Assembly: GCA_963747695.1 (NCBI GenBank)
Contig: CAVVFV010000003.1
Location: 17,296 to 81,295 of the forward strand
Reading direction: 5' to 3'
From: Candidatus Falkowbacteria bacterium
GTDB lineage: Bacteria > Patescibacteriota > Patescibacteriia > Patescibacteriales > WJLG01
DNA length: 64,000 bases
Shown here: in pieces, positions 43,300 through 51,193 of the stretch
Numbering within the stretch: position 1 is the first letter of the stretch
Layout: each line of letters opens with the position of its first letter
Made by a program: the position numbers and the translations under genes
Notes under the pieces: generated by a model
Seen by the model: the letters and a program-made list of their open reading frames with translations, nothing else
Told to the model about the DNA's origin: nothing
Database searches by the model: none

Positions 43300-43328
43300 A
43301 GTTTAGCACGAAATATGGATTATGTCAA
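43300..43328 (-). promoter_or_regulatory. Sigma70-like promoter (TTGACA-17-TAAACT)
   Basis: + strand tgtcaa 43323-43328 and agttta 43300-43305. Confidence 0.7.
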
Positions 43329-43418
43329 TATCAATAAAGCGCCAATTTATTGGCTTTTTTGAATATATCTCAACTTTATGGCAATTCTTGACTCTAAATT
43401 CTAAATTCTTAATTGTCC

Positions 43419-43447
43419 TTGACACCTTTCCCCGTTTCCTGTAATAT
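43419..43447 (+). promoter_or_regulatory. Sigma70-like promoter (TTGACA-17-TAATAT) upstream of secE-nusG
   Basis: TTGACA 43419-43424, TAATAT 43442-43447. It is followed about 20 nt later by a short hairpin GCCC-ggtc-GGGC and tcttttttt (43468-43490). Confidence 0.6.
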
Positions 43448-43520
43448 AATAATGTAATTAAATAAATGCCCGGTCGGGGCTCTTTTTTTATAGAAACATT
43501 ATTTTGTTTTATTCGTGCAC

Positions 43521-43617
43521 ATATGATGCGAATACTACAAATTGTACGCGAATACTACAAACAGATTTCACGAATTTAATTTTAATAATTCGATAAATAG
43601 TTCACGGTATTCGCATC
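43521..43617 (+). repeat. Dispersed ~90-bp intergenic repeat, copy B (upstream of secE)
   Basis: atgcgaatactacaaattgtacgcgaatactacaaacagat...aataattcgataaatagttcacggtattcgc is near-identical to 16803-16895. Confidence 0.8.
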
Positions 43618-43638
43618 ATGTTAACGACATTATTATCT

Positions 43639-43830
43639 ATGCCAAATTTAATAACCAATTACATCAAGTCGTCCATCGAAGAAATGAAAAAGGTCACCTG
43701 GCCGACCCGGAAGGAAACTTATAATTATACGGTTTTGGTGATCCTGATCTCGCTCGGCGTCGCCGCCTTTTTAGGAGCGCTGGATTATATTTTCAGCTGG
43801 CTCTTGCAGGTCGCCCTTAACGCCAAATAA
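43639..43830 (+). CDS. secE: Preprotein translocase subunit SecE
   Basis: IKSSIEEMKKVTWPTRKETYNYTVLVILISLGVAAFLGALDYIFSWLL. Start placed at M8 of the ORF-track model because 43618-43638 still belongs to the dispersed repeat. Confidence 0.8.
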   Translation: MPNLITNYIKSSIEEMKKVTWPTRKETYNYTVLVILISLGVAAFLGALDYIFSWLLQVALNAK

Positions 43831-43872
43831 AATACTCTTAGAAAATTATTTTAACAAGGAAGGAAACGCAGC

Positions 43873-43940
43873 TCGTATTTCATATCTCGTATTTTAAATA
43901 AATACGAAATACCAAATGCGGGATACGAAATACGAATATC
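43873..43940. repeat. ACGAAAT/ATTTCGT word array with inverted symmetry upstream of nusG
   Basis: cgtatttc...cgtatttt aaataa atacgaaatacc...gatacgaaatacgaat, read directly. Confidence 0.6.
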
Positions 43941-43941
43941 T

Positions 43942-44487
43942 ATGGCTAAACAAACTTTAAATCAAGGACGCCGCTGGTACGTGCTCCACACTTCCTCGGG
44001 TTACGAAGAAAATGTCGCGACGAATTTGCGCCAAAGAATCGAAACCATGGATGTGGAAGACCAGATCTTTAATGTTTTGGTGCCGACCGAAAAGAAAATC
44101 AAGATCAAGAACGGCAAGCGCAAAGTCGTGGAAGAAAAAATCTATCCCGGCTATGTTTTGGTGGAAATGATCGTGACTGATAAATCCTGGTACGTGGTGC
44201 GCAACACCCCGAACGTCACCGGTTTCATCGGCACGGGTACGACTCCGACTCCGGTTTCCGAGGAAGAGATCAAAGCGTTGCAGAAACGGATGGGCATTGA
44301 CGAACCGAAATTCAAAATCGACTTCTCGGTGGATTCTCCGGTCAAGATCGTCGACGGGCCTTTCAAAAATCTGGAAGGCAAGATTACGAGCATCGATGAA
44401 GAAAAAGGCCGGGTCAAAGTTTTGGTCAATATGTTCGGCCGCGAAACCCCGGTGGAATTGGATTTTTTACAAATCAAGAAAATATAA
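43942..44487 (+). CDS. nusG: Transcription termination/antitermination factor NusG
   Basis: 181-aa ORF: RWYVLHTSSGYEENV (NGN), PGYVLVEM, and KOW (VKIVDGPFKNLEGKITSIDEEKGRVKVLVNMFGRETPVEL). Confidence 0.95.
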   Translation: MAKQTLNQGRRWYVLHTSSGYEENVATNLRQRIETMDVEDQIFNVLVPTEKKIKIKNGKRKVVEEKIYPGYVLVEMIVTDKSWYVVRNTPNVTGFIGTGTTPTPVSEEEIKALQKRMGIDEPKFKIDFSVDSPVKIVDGPFKNLEGKITSIDEEKGRVKVLVNMFGRETPVELDFLQIKKI

Positions 44488-44620
44488 AAAATTAAAATCT
44501 CAAAATATAAAATTATTGAGTCCGCTCCGGCGGACGAAATTCATTTATTTTTCATTTTGACATTTACATTTTAAATTAAATAATGCCCAAGGTACGCTTC
44601 TTACCGCAAGCTTAAAAAAT

Positions 44621-45052
44621 ATGGCGAAAGCTAAAAAGAAATTAGTCACCCAGATAAAACTACAGATTCCCGCCGGAGCCGCGACTCCCGCGCCGCCGGT
44701 CGGTCCGGCTTTGGGCCAGCACGGCTTGAACATCCAGGAATTCGTCACCAAATTCAACGCGGCCTCGCAGGCGATGAAAGGCGACATTTTGCCGGTAATC
44801 ATCAATGTTTACGAAAACCGCACCTACGATTTCGTGATGAAGAAACCGCCGGCCTCTTCGCTGATCAAAAAAGCTTTGAAGATCGAATCGGGCGCTCATA
44901 ATCCTTTGATGGAAAAAGTCGGCACGCTGACTGATGCGCAATTGACCGAAATCGCCAAGATCAAGATGCCTGATTTAAATACCACTGACATTGAAGCCGC
45001 CAAGCGCATCATCGCCGGCACCGCCCGCCAAATGGGCGTGGAAATCAAGTAA
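44621..45052 (+). CDS. rplK: Ribosomal protein L11
   Basis: 143-aa ORF: [35 protein letters not shown]. Confidence 0.96.
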   Translation: MAKAKKKLVTQIKLQIPAGAATPAPPVGPALGQHGLNIQEFVTKFNAASQAMKGDILPVIINVYENRTYDFVMKKPPASSLIKKALKIESGAHNPLMEKVGTLTDAQLTEIAKIKMPDLNTTDIEAAKRIIAGTARQMGVEIK

Positions 45053-45100
45053 TCTATAATTTAATCAATATCTAATATAATTATTGTGGGAGGATTAATA

Positions 45101-45159
45101 ATTACAAATGACAAATTACAAATTATTTGTAATTTCTAATTTTTAATTTGTAATTTTTT
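45101..45159. repeat. 7-nt TTACAAA/TTTGTAA word arrays in inverted arrangement upstream of rplA
   Basis: attacaa atgacaa attacaa att | atttgta atttcta atttttaatttgta, read directly. Confidence 0.7.
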
Positions 45160-45182
45160 CCGTTGCACCACGATCCAAACGT

Positions 45183-46043
45183 ATGGCGAAAGAAAAAAAG
45201 GCTAAAGTGGCCAAAGAAGTCAAGGAAAAAATCAAGAAGGAGAAAGCGGAAGAAAGTAAAAAAACGGCCCCGACTAAAGCCGCTGAACCTAAGACCGAGG
45301 CAAAGCGGGAAAGCAAAGATGAAAAAGCCCCGAAAGCTAAATCGGAAAAGTCAAATCGCCGCGCCGGAACTCCGCGCCGCCAGAAATTAGTGATTAATTT
45401 TGACCGCAGCAAAACCTATCCGATCGCTGAAGCTATCAAATTGGCTAAAGAAAATTCCCACGAGAAATTCGATGCTTCGCTGGATGTGCATTTCAATCTG
45501 GGAATCGATACCTCCAAAGGCGAACAGCAGGTTCGCGGCACGGTGGCCCTGCCGAATGGCGTGGGTAAAACCGTCCGCATCGTCGCTTTCGTCGAACCGA
45601 TCAAAGAAGCCGAAGCCAAAGCGGCCGGCGCGGATTTCATCGGTAACGATGAATTCATCGACAAGATCAAGAAAACTGAAAAGACCGATTTTGACTTAGC
45701 GATCGCCGAGCCTTCGGTGATGAGAAAATTGGGCGTAATTGCCAAAATTCTCGGCACCCGCGGCTTAATGCCTTCACCGAAAAACGACACGGTTACTCCC
45801 GATCCCATCAAAGCGATCGCTGAATTCAAGAAAGGTAAATTGAGTTTTAAGAATGATGATACCGGTAATCTGCATATTACCATCGGCCGCAAATCTTTCG
45901 CCGACGCCAAGCTGATCGAGAACTTCAATGCTCTGCTGGAAATAGTCAAAAAATCCAAGCCGACGAGTTCCAAGGGAACTTTTATCAAGAACGTTACCGT
46001 CGCCTCCTCCATGGGACCGGGCGTAAAAATCCAAACTGAATAG
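45183..46043 (+). CDS. rplA: Ribosomal protein L1 with a roughly 60-aa K/E/A-rich N-terminal extension
   Basis: 286-aa ORF. The core (YPIAEAIKLAKENSHEKFDASLDVHFNLGID...QQVRGTVALPNGVGKTVRIVAF) is preceded by MAKEKKAKVAKEVKEKIKKEKAEESKKTAPTKAAEPKTEAKRESKDEKAPKAKSEK. Confidence 0.92.
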   Translation: MAKEKKAKVAKEVKEKIKKEKAEESKKTAPTKAAEPKTEAKRESKDEKAPKAKSEKSNRRAGTPRRQKLVINFDRSKTYPIAEAIKLAKENSHEKFDASLDVHFNLGIDTSKGEQQVRGTVALPNGVGKTVRIVAFVEPIKEAEAKAAGADFIGNDEFIDKIKKTEKTDFDLAIAEPSVMRKLGVIAKILGTRGLMPSPKNDTVTPDPIKAIAEFKKGKLSFKNDDTGNLHITIGRKSFADAKLIENFNALLEIVKKSKPTSSKGTFIKNVTVASSMGPGVKIQTE

Positions 46044-46067
46044 AGCCGAATAATACCTTTACCTTAA

Positions 46068-46103
46068 CCCCGCACCATCAAATGGTGCGGGGTTTTGTTT
46101 TTT
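46068..46103 (+). terminator. Intrinsic terminator after rplA
   Basis: CCCCGCACC-atcaaat-GGTGCGGGG followed by ttttgtttttt. Confidence 0.88.
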
Positions 46104-46159
46104 GAAACTTATTCGCCTTTGTGATAAAATATAAGGGTTAAATATTAATTTCAAATCTT

Positions 46160-47008
46160 ATGGAAAACGCTAAACAATTGCGCCCGATCGGCCTTTTATT
46201 GCTGGATACTTGGAAAACTTATCAGGCAAATTGTAAAAAGATTTCTCTGCTGATGCTTTGGGGCTTGATCGGTTTCGTTCCTTACGCCGTGATGATCGCT
46301 CTCAGTCTGGTTTTTGGCCGGCAAGTTGGGATTTTTCAAATTCCACTCGCCGCGATAACTTTTCTCTTTTATCTCGGTCTCCTTTATTGGATAATTTCTA
46401 CCGTCTTGGGACTGGTGATTTTGTTGAAAACCCCGGGGCAAGGAATTATCGAGGTTTTCAATGCCGGCCGTAAATTAGTCTGGGGTTATTTGGCGGTCGC
46501 GTTAATCCTATTTATGTTTGTGTCGCTTTGGTCGCTATTATTTGTAATCCCCGGCGTCATTTTCTATATTTTCTATGCCGTAACGATGTTTGTTTTCGTT
46601 TATGAAGGTTATCGCCGGTCGGCCGCGCTCTCGCGCAGCAAAGAACTGGTGAGCGGCAACTGGTGGCCGGTTTTCTACCGCTTGGCGATCGCCATCGCGG
46701 TTATGATCGCTTTAGCTGTCTTATACTTCTATGCCCTAAACCTGCTCCAGATCACTTGGCTGATTGCGATCATCGCGCTGGTCTACTATGTCGCGGTATT
46801 TTTCTTATTAGTGCCGCTCTATATAACTTATCTTTCCCTCATCTATCATGATCTTGCCGCCATAAAGCCGACCGGTTCTTTGCCCAAAGCAAAGAAAGAT
46901 TACTGGCTGGTAATCGTGTCGGCGATCTACCTGGTCATTGCCTTACTGATCATGTTATCGTTCGCCCTATTCCTCGTCTATTTGATGCAATCGGCAACCG
47001 GATTGTGA
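46160..47008 (+). CDS. Hypothetical polytopic membrane protein
   Basis: 282-aa ORF with about 6 hydrophobic helices. No diagnostic motif. Confidence 0.6.
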   Translation: MENAKQLRPIGLLLLDTWKTYQANCKKISLLMLWGLIGFVPYAVMIALSLVFGRQVGIFQIPLAAITFLFYLGLLYWIISTVLGLVILLKTPGQGIIEVFNAGRKLVWGYLAVALILFMFVSLWSLLFVIPGVIFYIFYAVTMFVFVYEGYRRSAALSRSKELVSGNWWPVFYRLAIAIAVMIALAVLYFYALNLLQITWLIAIIALVYYVAVFFLLVPLYITYLSLIYHDLAAIKPTGSLPKAKKDYWLVIVSAIYLVIALLIMLSFALFLVYLMQSATGL

Positions 47009-47144
47009 TTGTTTGATTAATTTGTTAGAATAAATACTCAAGGGGATTTTCAGGAGTCTGTCTAGTAAGTTGTTTTCGCGCGGAAATGAACTTACCAGAC
47101 AGCCTCCTCAATCCCTTTTTGTAACTCATAATCATAATAATAAT

Positions 47145-47681
47145 ATGGATTTCAAAACCAATCCGCGGAAACGAAGATTATCTTGGGACGAAATGTTTAT
47201 GAATTTGGCAATTATGCTTTCCAAGCGGACCGCCTGTAAATTCCACGAGGCGGGCGCGGTTTGCGTCGATCAGAATCACCGCGTGGTTTCCACGGGATTT
47301 AATGGCCCCACCGAAGGCGATGTCCATTGCATTGAAGTCGGTTGCGCCAAAGTTGACGGCGATCCGGTCACCAAGAAACTAAAACGCTGCCGCGGCGCCC
47401 ATGCCGAAGTGAATGCCGTGGTTAACGCGCAAGACACCACCCGCCTGCGCGGCGCGACGATGTACTCGGTACTCTTCCCCTGCTATGACTGTATGAAAGT
47501 CCTGAACAACGCCGGCATCAAAGAAATAGTCTATCTGCAAATATACGAACGGATCAAAACCGGCGGCGAAGCTAAGGAAGAAGAAACCGAATCGCTGGAT
47601 CTGGCTAACAGCCGCGGCATCAAGATGCGCAAATACGAGGGGCCGATATTTTGTGACATCGACTGCACGAAAATCAGTTAA
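47145..47681 (+). CDS. dCMP deaminase (ComEB-type cytidine/deoxycytidylate deaminase)
   Basis: Start set at the ATG at 47145 (MDFKTNPRKRRLSWDEMFMNLA). Zn motifs HAEVNAV and PCYDC. Confidence 0.87.
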   Translation: MDFKTNPRKRRLSWDEMFMNLAIMLSKRTACKFHEAGAVCVDQNHRVVSTGFNGPTEGDVHCIEVGCAKVDGDPVTKKLKRCRGAHAEVNAVVNAQDTTRLRGATMYSVLFPCYDCMKVLNNAGIKEIVYLQIYERIKTGGEAKEEETESLDLANSRGIKMRKYEGPIFCDIDCTKIS

Positions 47682-47710
47682 GAATTAAGAGATAAGAATT
47701 AAAAATTTTT

Positions 47711-48274
47711 ATGATTTTAGGAATAAAAGAATTACATAAACTTGTTAAGGAGATTAAGCTGGTTGAGGGTCTGTGCGACCGCGAGATGAATAATCCCGAA
47801 GGGGCGGGTTTTGATTTACGCTTGGGCGAAGTTTATGAACTGGAAGGCGATGGTTTCTTAGGCGTCGAAGAGCGCCAAACGCCGGCGGCAAAACTCGTTG
47901 CTTCTCCCCTTCTTTCTAAGGAGGGGTCGGGGGGTGGTTCTGGCGATGAATTTTTCGTTTTTACTCCGGGGAAATATTATTTGATCAAAACGATGGAAAA
48001 GGTTAATCTGCCCACCACTCTTTCCGGCATCATTTTTCCTCGCACCACGATGTTCCGCTCGGGGATCGGAATGTTCAACGGCATCGTCCAGCCCGGCTAT
48101 TCCGGCGAACTGACTTTCGGCGTTTGTAATCTTGGACAATCGAATATCAAAATATCTTTCGGCGCCCGCGTCGCCCATATCACTTTTCACGAAGTGCTCG
48201 GCGAGGGCAATCAATACAAAGGCCAATGGCAAGGAGGACGAGTATCAACCGGAGGTCAGGAAAAACAAATTTGA
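47711..48274 (+). CDS. dCTP deaminase/dUTPase-superfamily protein carrying an in-frame REP-like insertion
   Basis: 187-aa ORF: GAGFDLRLG, PRTTMFRSGI, VQPGYSGELTFGVCNLG. An inserted SPLLSKEGSGGGSG is encoded by a CCCCTTC..GGAGGGG hairpin element. Confidence 0.75.
   Translation: MILGIKELHKLVKEIKLVEGLCDREMNNPEGAGFDLRLGEVYELEGDGFLGVEERQTPAAKLVASPLLSKEGSGGGSGDEFFVFTPGKYYLIKTMEKVNLPTTLSGIIFPRTTMFRSGIGMFNGIVQPGYSGELTFGVCNLGQSNIKISFGARVAHITFHEVLGEGNQYKGQWQGGRVSTGGQEKQI
47903..47937. repeat. REP-like CCCCTT..AAGGAGGGG hairpin element lying inside the dcd-like ORF
   Basis: tctccccttctttctaaggaggggtcggggggtgg. Same hairpin family as the intergenic elements at 35809-35840, 54433-54480 and 55354-55396. 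Confidence 0.6.
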
Positions 48275-48280
48275 TATAAT

Positions 48281-48365
48281 GCTAATTCTCGAATGATGCG
48301 AATCTACGAATATTCGCGTATTCGCTTTATTCGCAAAATTAGCATTGAACTAATTCGTAATATTT
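48281..48365. repeat. CGAATA 7-nt word array (diverged member of the dispersed repeat family) upstream of thyA
   Basis: gatgcgaatctacgaatattcgcgtattcgctttattcgcaaaatt..., read directly. Confidence 0.6.
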
Positions 48366-48369
48366 TTTT

Positions 48370-49365
48370 ATGAATCATCCGGAACAACAATACCTCGATC
48401 TGATGAAAGACATCATAGAGAACGGCACCGACAAGGAGCTTTTTTTTACGCCGGAAGTTTTGGCCGAATATAAGAAGAAGGGCGAGGAACCGCCGTTCAT
48501 CCGCTCGGTCTTCGGTCGGCAGATTCGGTTTGATCTTTCTCAGGGCTTTCCGCTTCTGACGACGAAAAAAGTTTTTGCCCGCGGAATTTTCGAGGAATTG
48601 ATCTGGTTCTTGAGCGGCGACTCCAACATCAAATACTTGGCCGACCATGACGTCCATATCTGGGACGAATGGGCTTGGAAGAAATATCATAAGCATTGCC
48701 TGGCCAACTCCCCTGCCGACGATCTATCTCAGGCGGATTTCATCGCCAAGATAAAATCATTACCGGCCGACGATGAATTTGTTAAAAAATGGGGCGATCT
48801 GATCACTATCTATGGCCGGATGTGGCGGCGCTGGCCGGCTTCGGATGGACGAGAAATCGACCAGCTGGGCTGGGTTATCGAAGGTTTGAAAAGCAAGCCG
48901 TTCCGGAAATCTTACGTGGTCTCCGCCTGGAATCCGGATTTCATCTATGCGATGGCCTCGGAAAAAAACAAGAATGAAGTTCCGCCCTTTTGCCATACTA
49001 CCTATCAATTTGCCGTCACGCACGGCAATCGCCTTAATCTTGGACTTTATCAAAGAAGCGCTGATACTTTTCTGGGCGTGCCATTTAATATCGCCAGCTA
49101 CGCTCTATTATTATTAATGGTGGCTCAAGTTACCGGATTGGAGCCCGGCGAATTCGTCCATACTTTCGGCGATGTCCATCTCTATTCCAACCATTTTGAC
49201 CAAGCCAAGCTGCAGCTTTCCCGCGGTCCGAAACCATTGCCCAAAATAAAATTAAATCCGGCGATCAAAAATATCGACGACTTCAAATACGAGGATATTG
49301 AAATAATCGATTATAATCCCCACCCGGCGATCAAGGCGGAAATCGCCAATATCGGCGGCTTTTAA
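48370..49365 (+). CDS. thyA: Thymidylate synthase (ThyA)
   Basis: 331-aa ORF: FGRQIRFDL, PLLTTKKVF, IWDEW, PFCHTTYQF (catalytic Cys), LYQRSADTFLGVPFNIASYALL. It is longer than typical ThyA because of an internal insert. Confidence 0.95.
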   Translation: MNHPEQQYLDLMKDIIENGTDKELFFTPEVLAEYKKKGEEPPFIRSVFGRQIRFDLSQGFPLLTTKKVFARGIFEELIWFLSGDSNIKYLADHDVHIWDEWAWKKYHKHCLANSPADDLSQADFIAKIKSLPADDEFVKKWGDLITIYGRMWRRWPASDGREIDQLGWVIEGLKSKPFRKSYVVSAWNPDFIYAMASEKNKNEVPPFCHTTYQFAVTHGNRLNLGLYQRSADTFLGVPFNIASYALLLLMVAQVTGLEPGEFVHTFGDVHLYSNHFDQAKLQLSRGPKPLPKIKLNPAIKNIDDFKYEDIEIIDYNPHPAIKAEIANIGGF

Positions 49366-49370
49366 TCAGA

Positions 49371-49430
49371 TAAAAAATAAAAGAGAAAAGAGAAAAAATA
49401 TTTTTTAATTTTTCTTTTTTCTTTTTTAAT
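49371..49430. repeat. Purine/pyrimidine inverted low-complexity repeat (aaaagagaaaagagaaaaaata | ttttttaatttttcttttttctttt)
   Basis: Read directly between thyA and folA. Confidence 0.6.
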
Positions 49431-49437
49431 TGAATAC

Positions 49438-49911
49438 ATGATATCAATGATCTGCGCCGTGGGGCGCAACCGAGAGATCGGTTATCGGAACAAATTGCTT
49501 TGGGACTTGAAGGGCGATATGAAGCATTTTGTCGCAGTGACACGCGGCAAAACGGTCATTATGGGTGAAACGACCTATCATTCGTTATTCATCAAGCCCC
49601 TGCCCGGCCGAAAAAATATTGTTTTGACGTTAAGTAACGATCTAATCGCGCCGGGTTGTGAAATCTCCCACGATTTAAAAGCAATTGCCGAAAAATATCA
49701 GAATTCATCTGAAGAGGTTTTTATTATCGGCGGCGCTTCCATCTACAAACAATTTCTTCCTTATGCCGCCAAATTATATTTGACCTTGGTCGATGATACC
49801 CCGGTTGCCGATACTTATTTTCCTGATTATTCCGAATTTAAAATAATTTCCGAAAGCGAACTCAAAGAAGAAAAAGGAATCAAATTTAAATTCGTCGAAT
49901 TGATAAAATAG
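49438..49911 (+). CDS. folA: Dihydrofolate reductase
   Basis: 157-aa ORF: MISMICAVGRNREIGYRNKLLWDLKGDMKHF...GKTVIMGETTY...IIGGASIY. Confidence 0.88.
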   Translation: MISMICAVGRNREIGYRNKLLWDLKGDMKHFVAVTRGKTVIMGETTYHSLFIKPLPGRKNIVLTLSNDLIAPGCEISHDLKAIAEKYQNSSEEVFIIGGASIYKQFLPYAAKLYLTLVDDTPVADTYFPDYSEFKIISESELKEEKGIKFKFVELIK

Positions 49912-49942
49912 TCGTGGGAACGCAAAATTTTGCGTTCCTACC

Positions 49943-50555
49943 AAAATAAGAAAGGACTGATTCGAGATAAACTCAAATCAGTCCTTACTGGAGGGCCGCC
50001 TTATCGCGGCCCAGACAGAGCAAGCTCGTGGGGAGCTCGCTAGCGGCAAATGGATTCGGGGAAGACGTACACCGGTCTTCACTCCCGCCATGTTGCCGGT
50101 TGCGCGGAAATCGCAATTGTTCGGAGGGCTGTTATGTCTACCTGCTCACAAAACAACGCTATTCCGCATTGATCCGTTCTGGTTCGCTGTGAACGCCGCG
50201 ACGCGTCATATCTTAACGCGCGCGCTGATTGGCCGATACAGCTTCGGCCGAGCGATTGCCGGAACGGATTTTTCTAATAAATTGCCTACCCCGGCAGATG
50301 ACCCGTGAAGATGCTCATGCGCCTCCACGGGATCTGGCCGGTAGTGAGCGGATAATGATGGAGGGTCTTGATAGACCCGCACATCCGCTCGATTCTCCGG
50401 ATACGGACTGTCCGCTCTGTTTCCGCATGCGGAAAGGAGGGCATTCGCTATCCCTTTTACGCTCAATAGCTTTACGCTGGGCGTGCATGATTGCGGGGAA
50501 AGGCAGCGCGTATTCACGAGAGAATCAGACTTTATAAATGTTCAATAGCGAAAAT
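49943..50555 (-). ncRNA. Candidate ~600-nt structured RNA, copy 2 (class unknown)
   Basis: A minus-strand TTGACA-17-TATTAT promoter sits at 50558-50586. A minus-strand intrinsic terminator (AAGGACTGATTTGAG-tttatc-TCGAATCAGTCCTT + tcttatttt) sits at 49943-49986. The interval is GC-rich, without a convincing ORF, and contains many local helices. Confidence 0.45.
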
Positions 50556-50557
50556 AT

Positions 50558-50586
50558 ATAATATCACAAATTAAATTAATTGTCAA
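50558..50586 (-). promoter_or_regulatory. Sigma70-like promoter (TTGACA-17-TATTAT) for the candidate RNA
   Basis: + strand tgtcaa 50581-50586 and ataata 50558-50563, with a 17-nt spacer. Confidence 0.7.
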
Positions 50587-50612
50587 CGGCGTGACAAATC
50601 AAGCAATTATCT

Positions 50613-51170
50613 ATGAAAAATAAGCAAATATTAGCCGTTGTCGGCATGGCCGGTTCTGGCAAAAGCGAAGTGGTAAAATATCTGGCCAAAAAATTAAATT
50701 GGCCGACGGTTTATTTTGGCAGCTTTACTTTTGATTGGATCGAGGATCATCACCTGCCGGTTAACTACGACAACGAAAAAAAAGCCCGCGAGCAGATTCG
50801 CCGAACCGGCGGAATGGGCGCTTATGCCAAATTATCTTTGCCGAAAATTTCCGCCCTGTTGAAAAAAAATAGGGGCGTGATCGTCGAAAGTTTATACAGC
50901 TGGTCGGAATATAAAATCTTAAAAAATAAATACGGCAATAATTTCCAGGTTATTGCGGCGCATGCCTCCCCTGCCGTTCGTTTCAAGAGATTAAAAGCGC
51001 GGACCAATCATCGGCCGATGAAAAATTACACCGAATTCAAAACGCGCGATTATACTGAAATTGAAAATATCGAAAAAGGCGGACCGATCGCGATGGCCGA
51101 TCTGATGATCATCAACGAAGGCAGCCTAAATGACTTGCATAAAAAATTAAATACGATTAAGATAGTTTAA
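50613..51170 (+). CDS. P-loop nucleotide/nucleoside-monophosphate kinase-like protein (CoaE/dNMP-kinase superfamily)
   Basis: 185-aa ORF with a Walker A motif VVGMAGSGKSEV. Its size and layout match small NMP kinases. Substrate unknown. Confidence 0.6.
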   Translation: MKNKQILAVVGMAGSGKSEVVKYLAKKLNWPTVYFGSFTFDWIEDHHLPVNYDNEKKAREQIRRTGGMGAYAKLSLPKISALLKKNRGVIVESLYSWSEYKILKNKYGNNFQVIAAHASPAVRFKRLKARTNHRPMKNYTEFKTRDYTEIENIEKGGPIAMADLMIINEGSLNDLHKKLNTIKIV

Positions 51171-51193
51171 GCACTTTTTCAAGGGAGGCAAAA

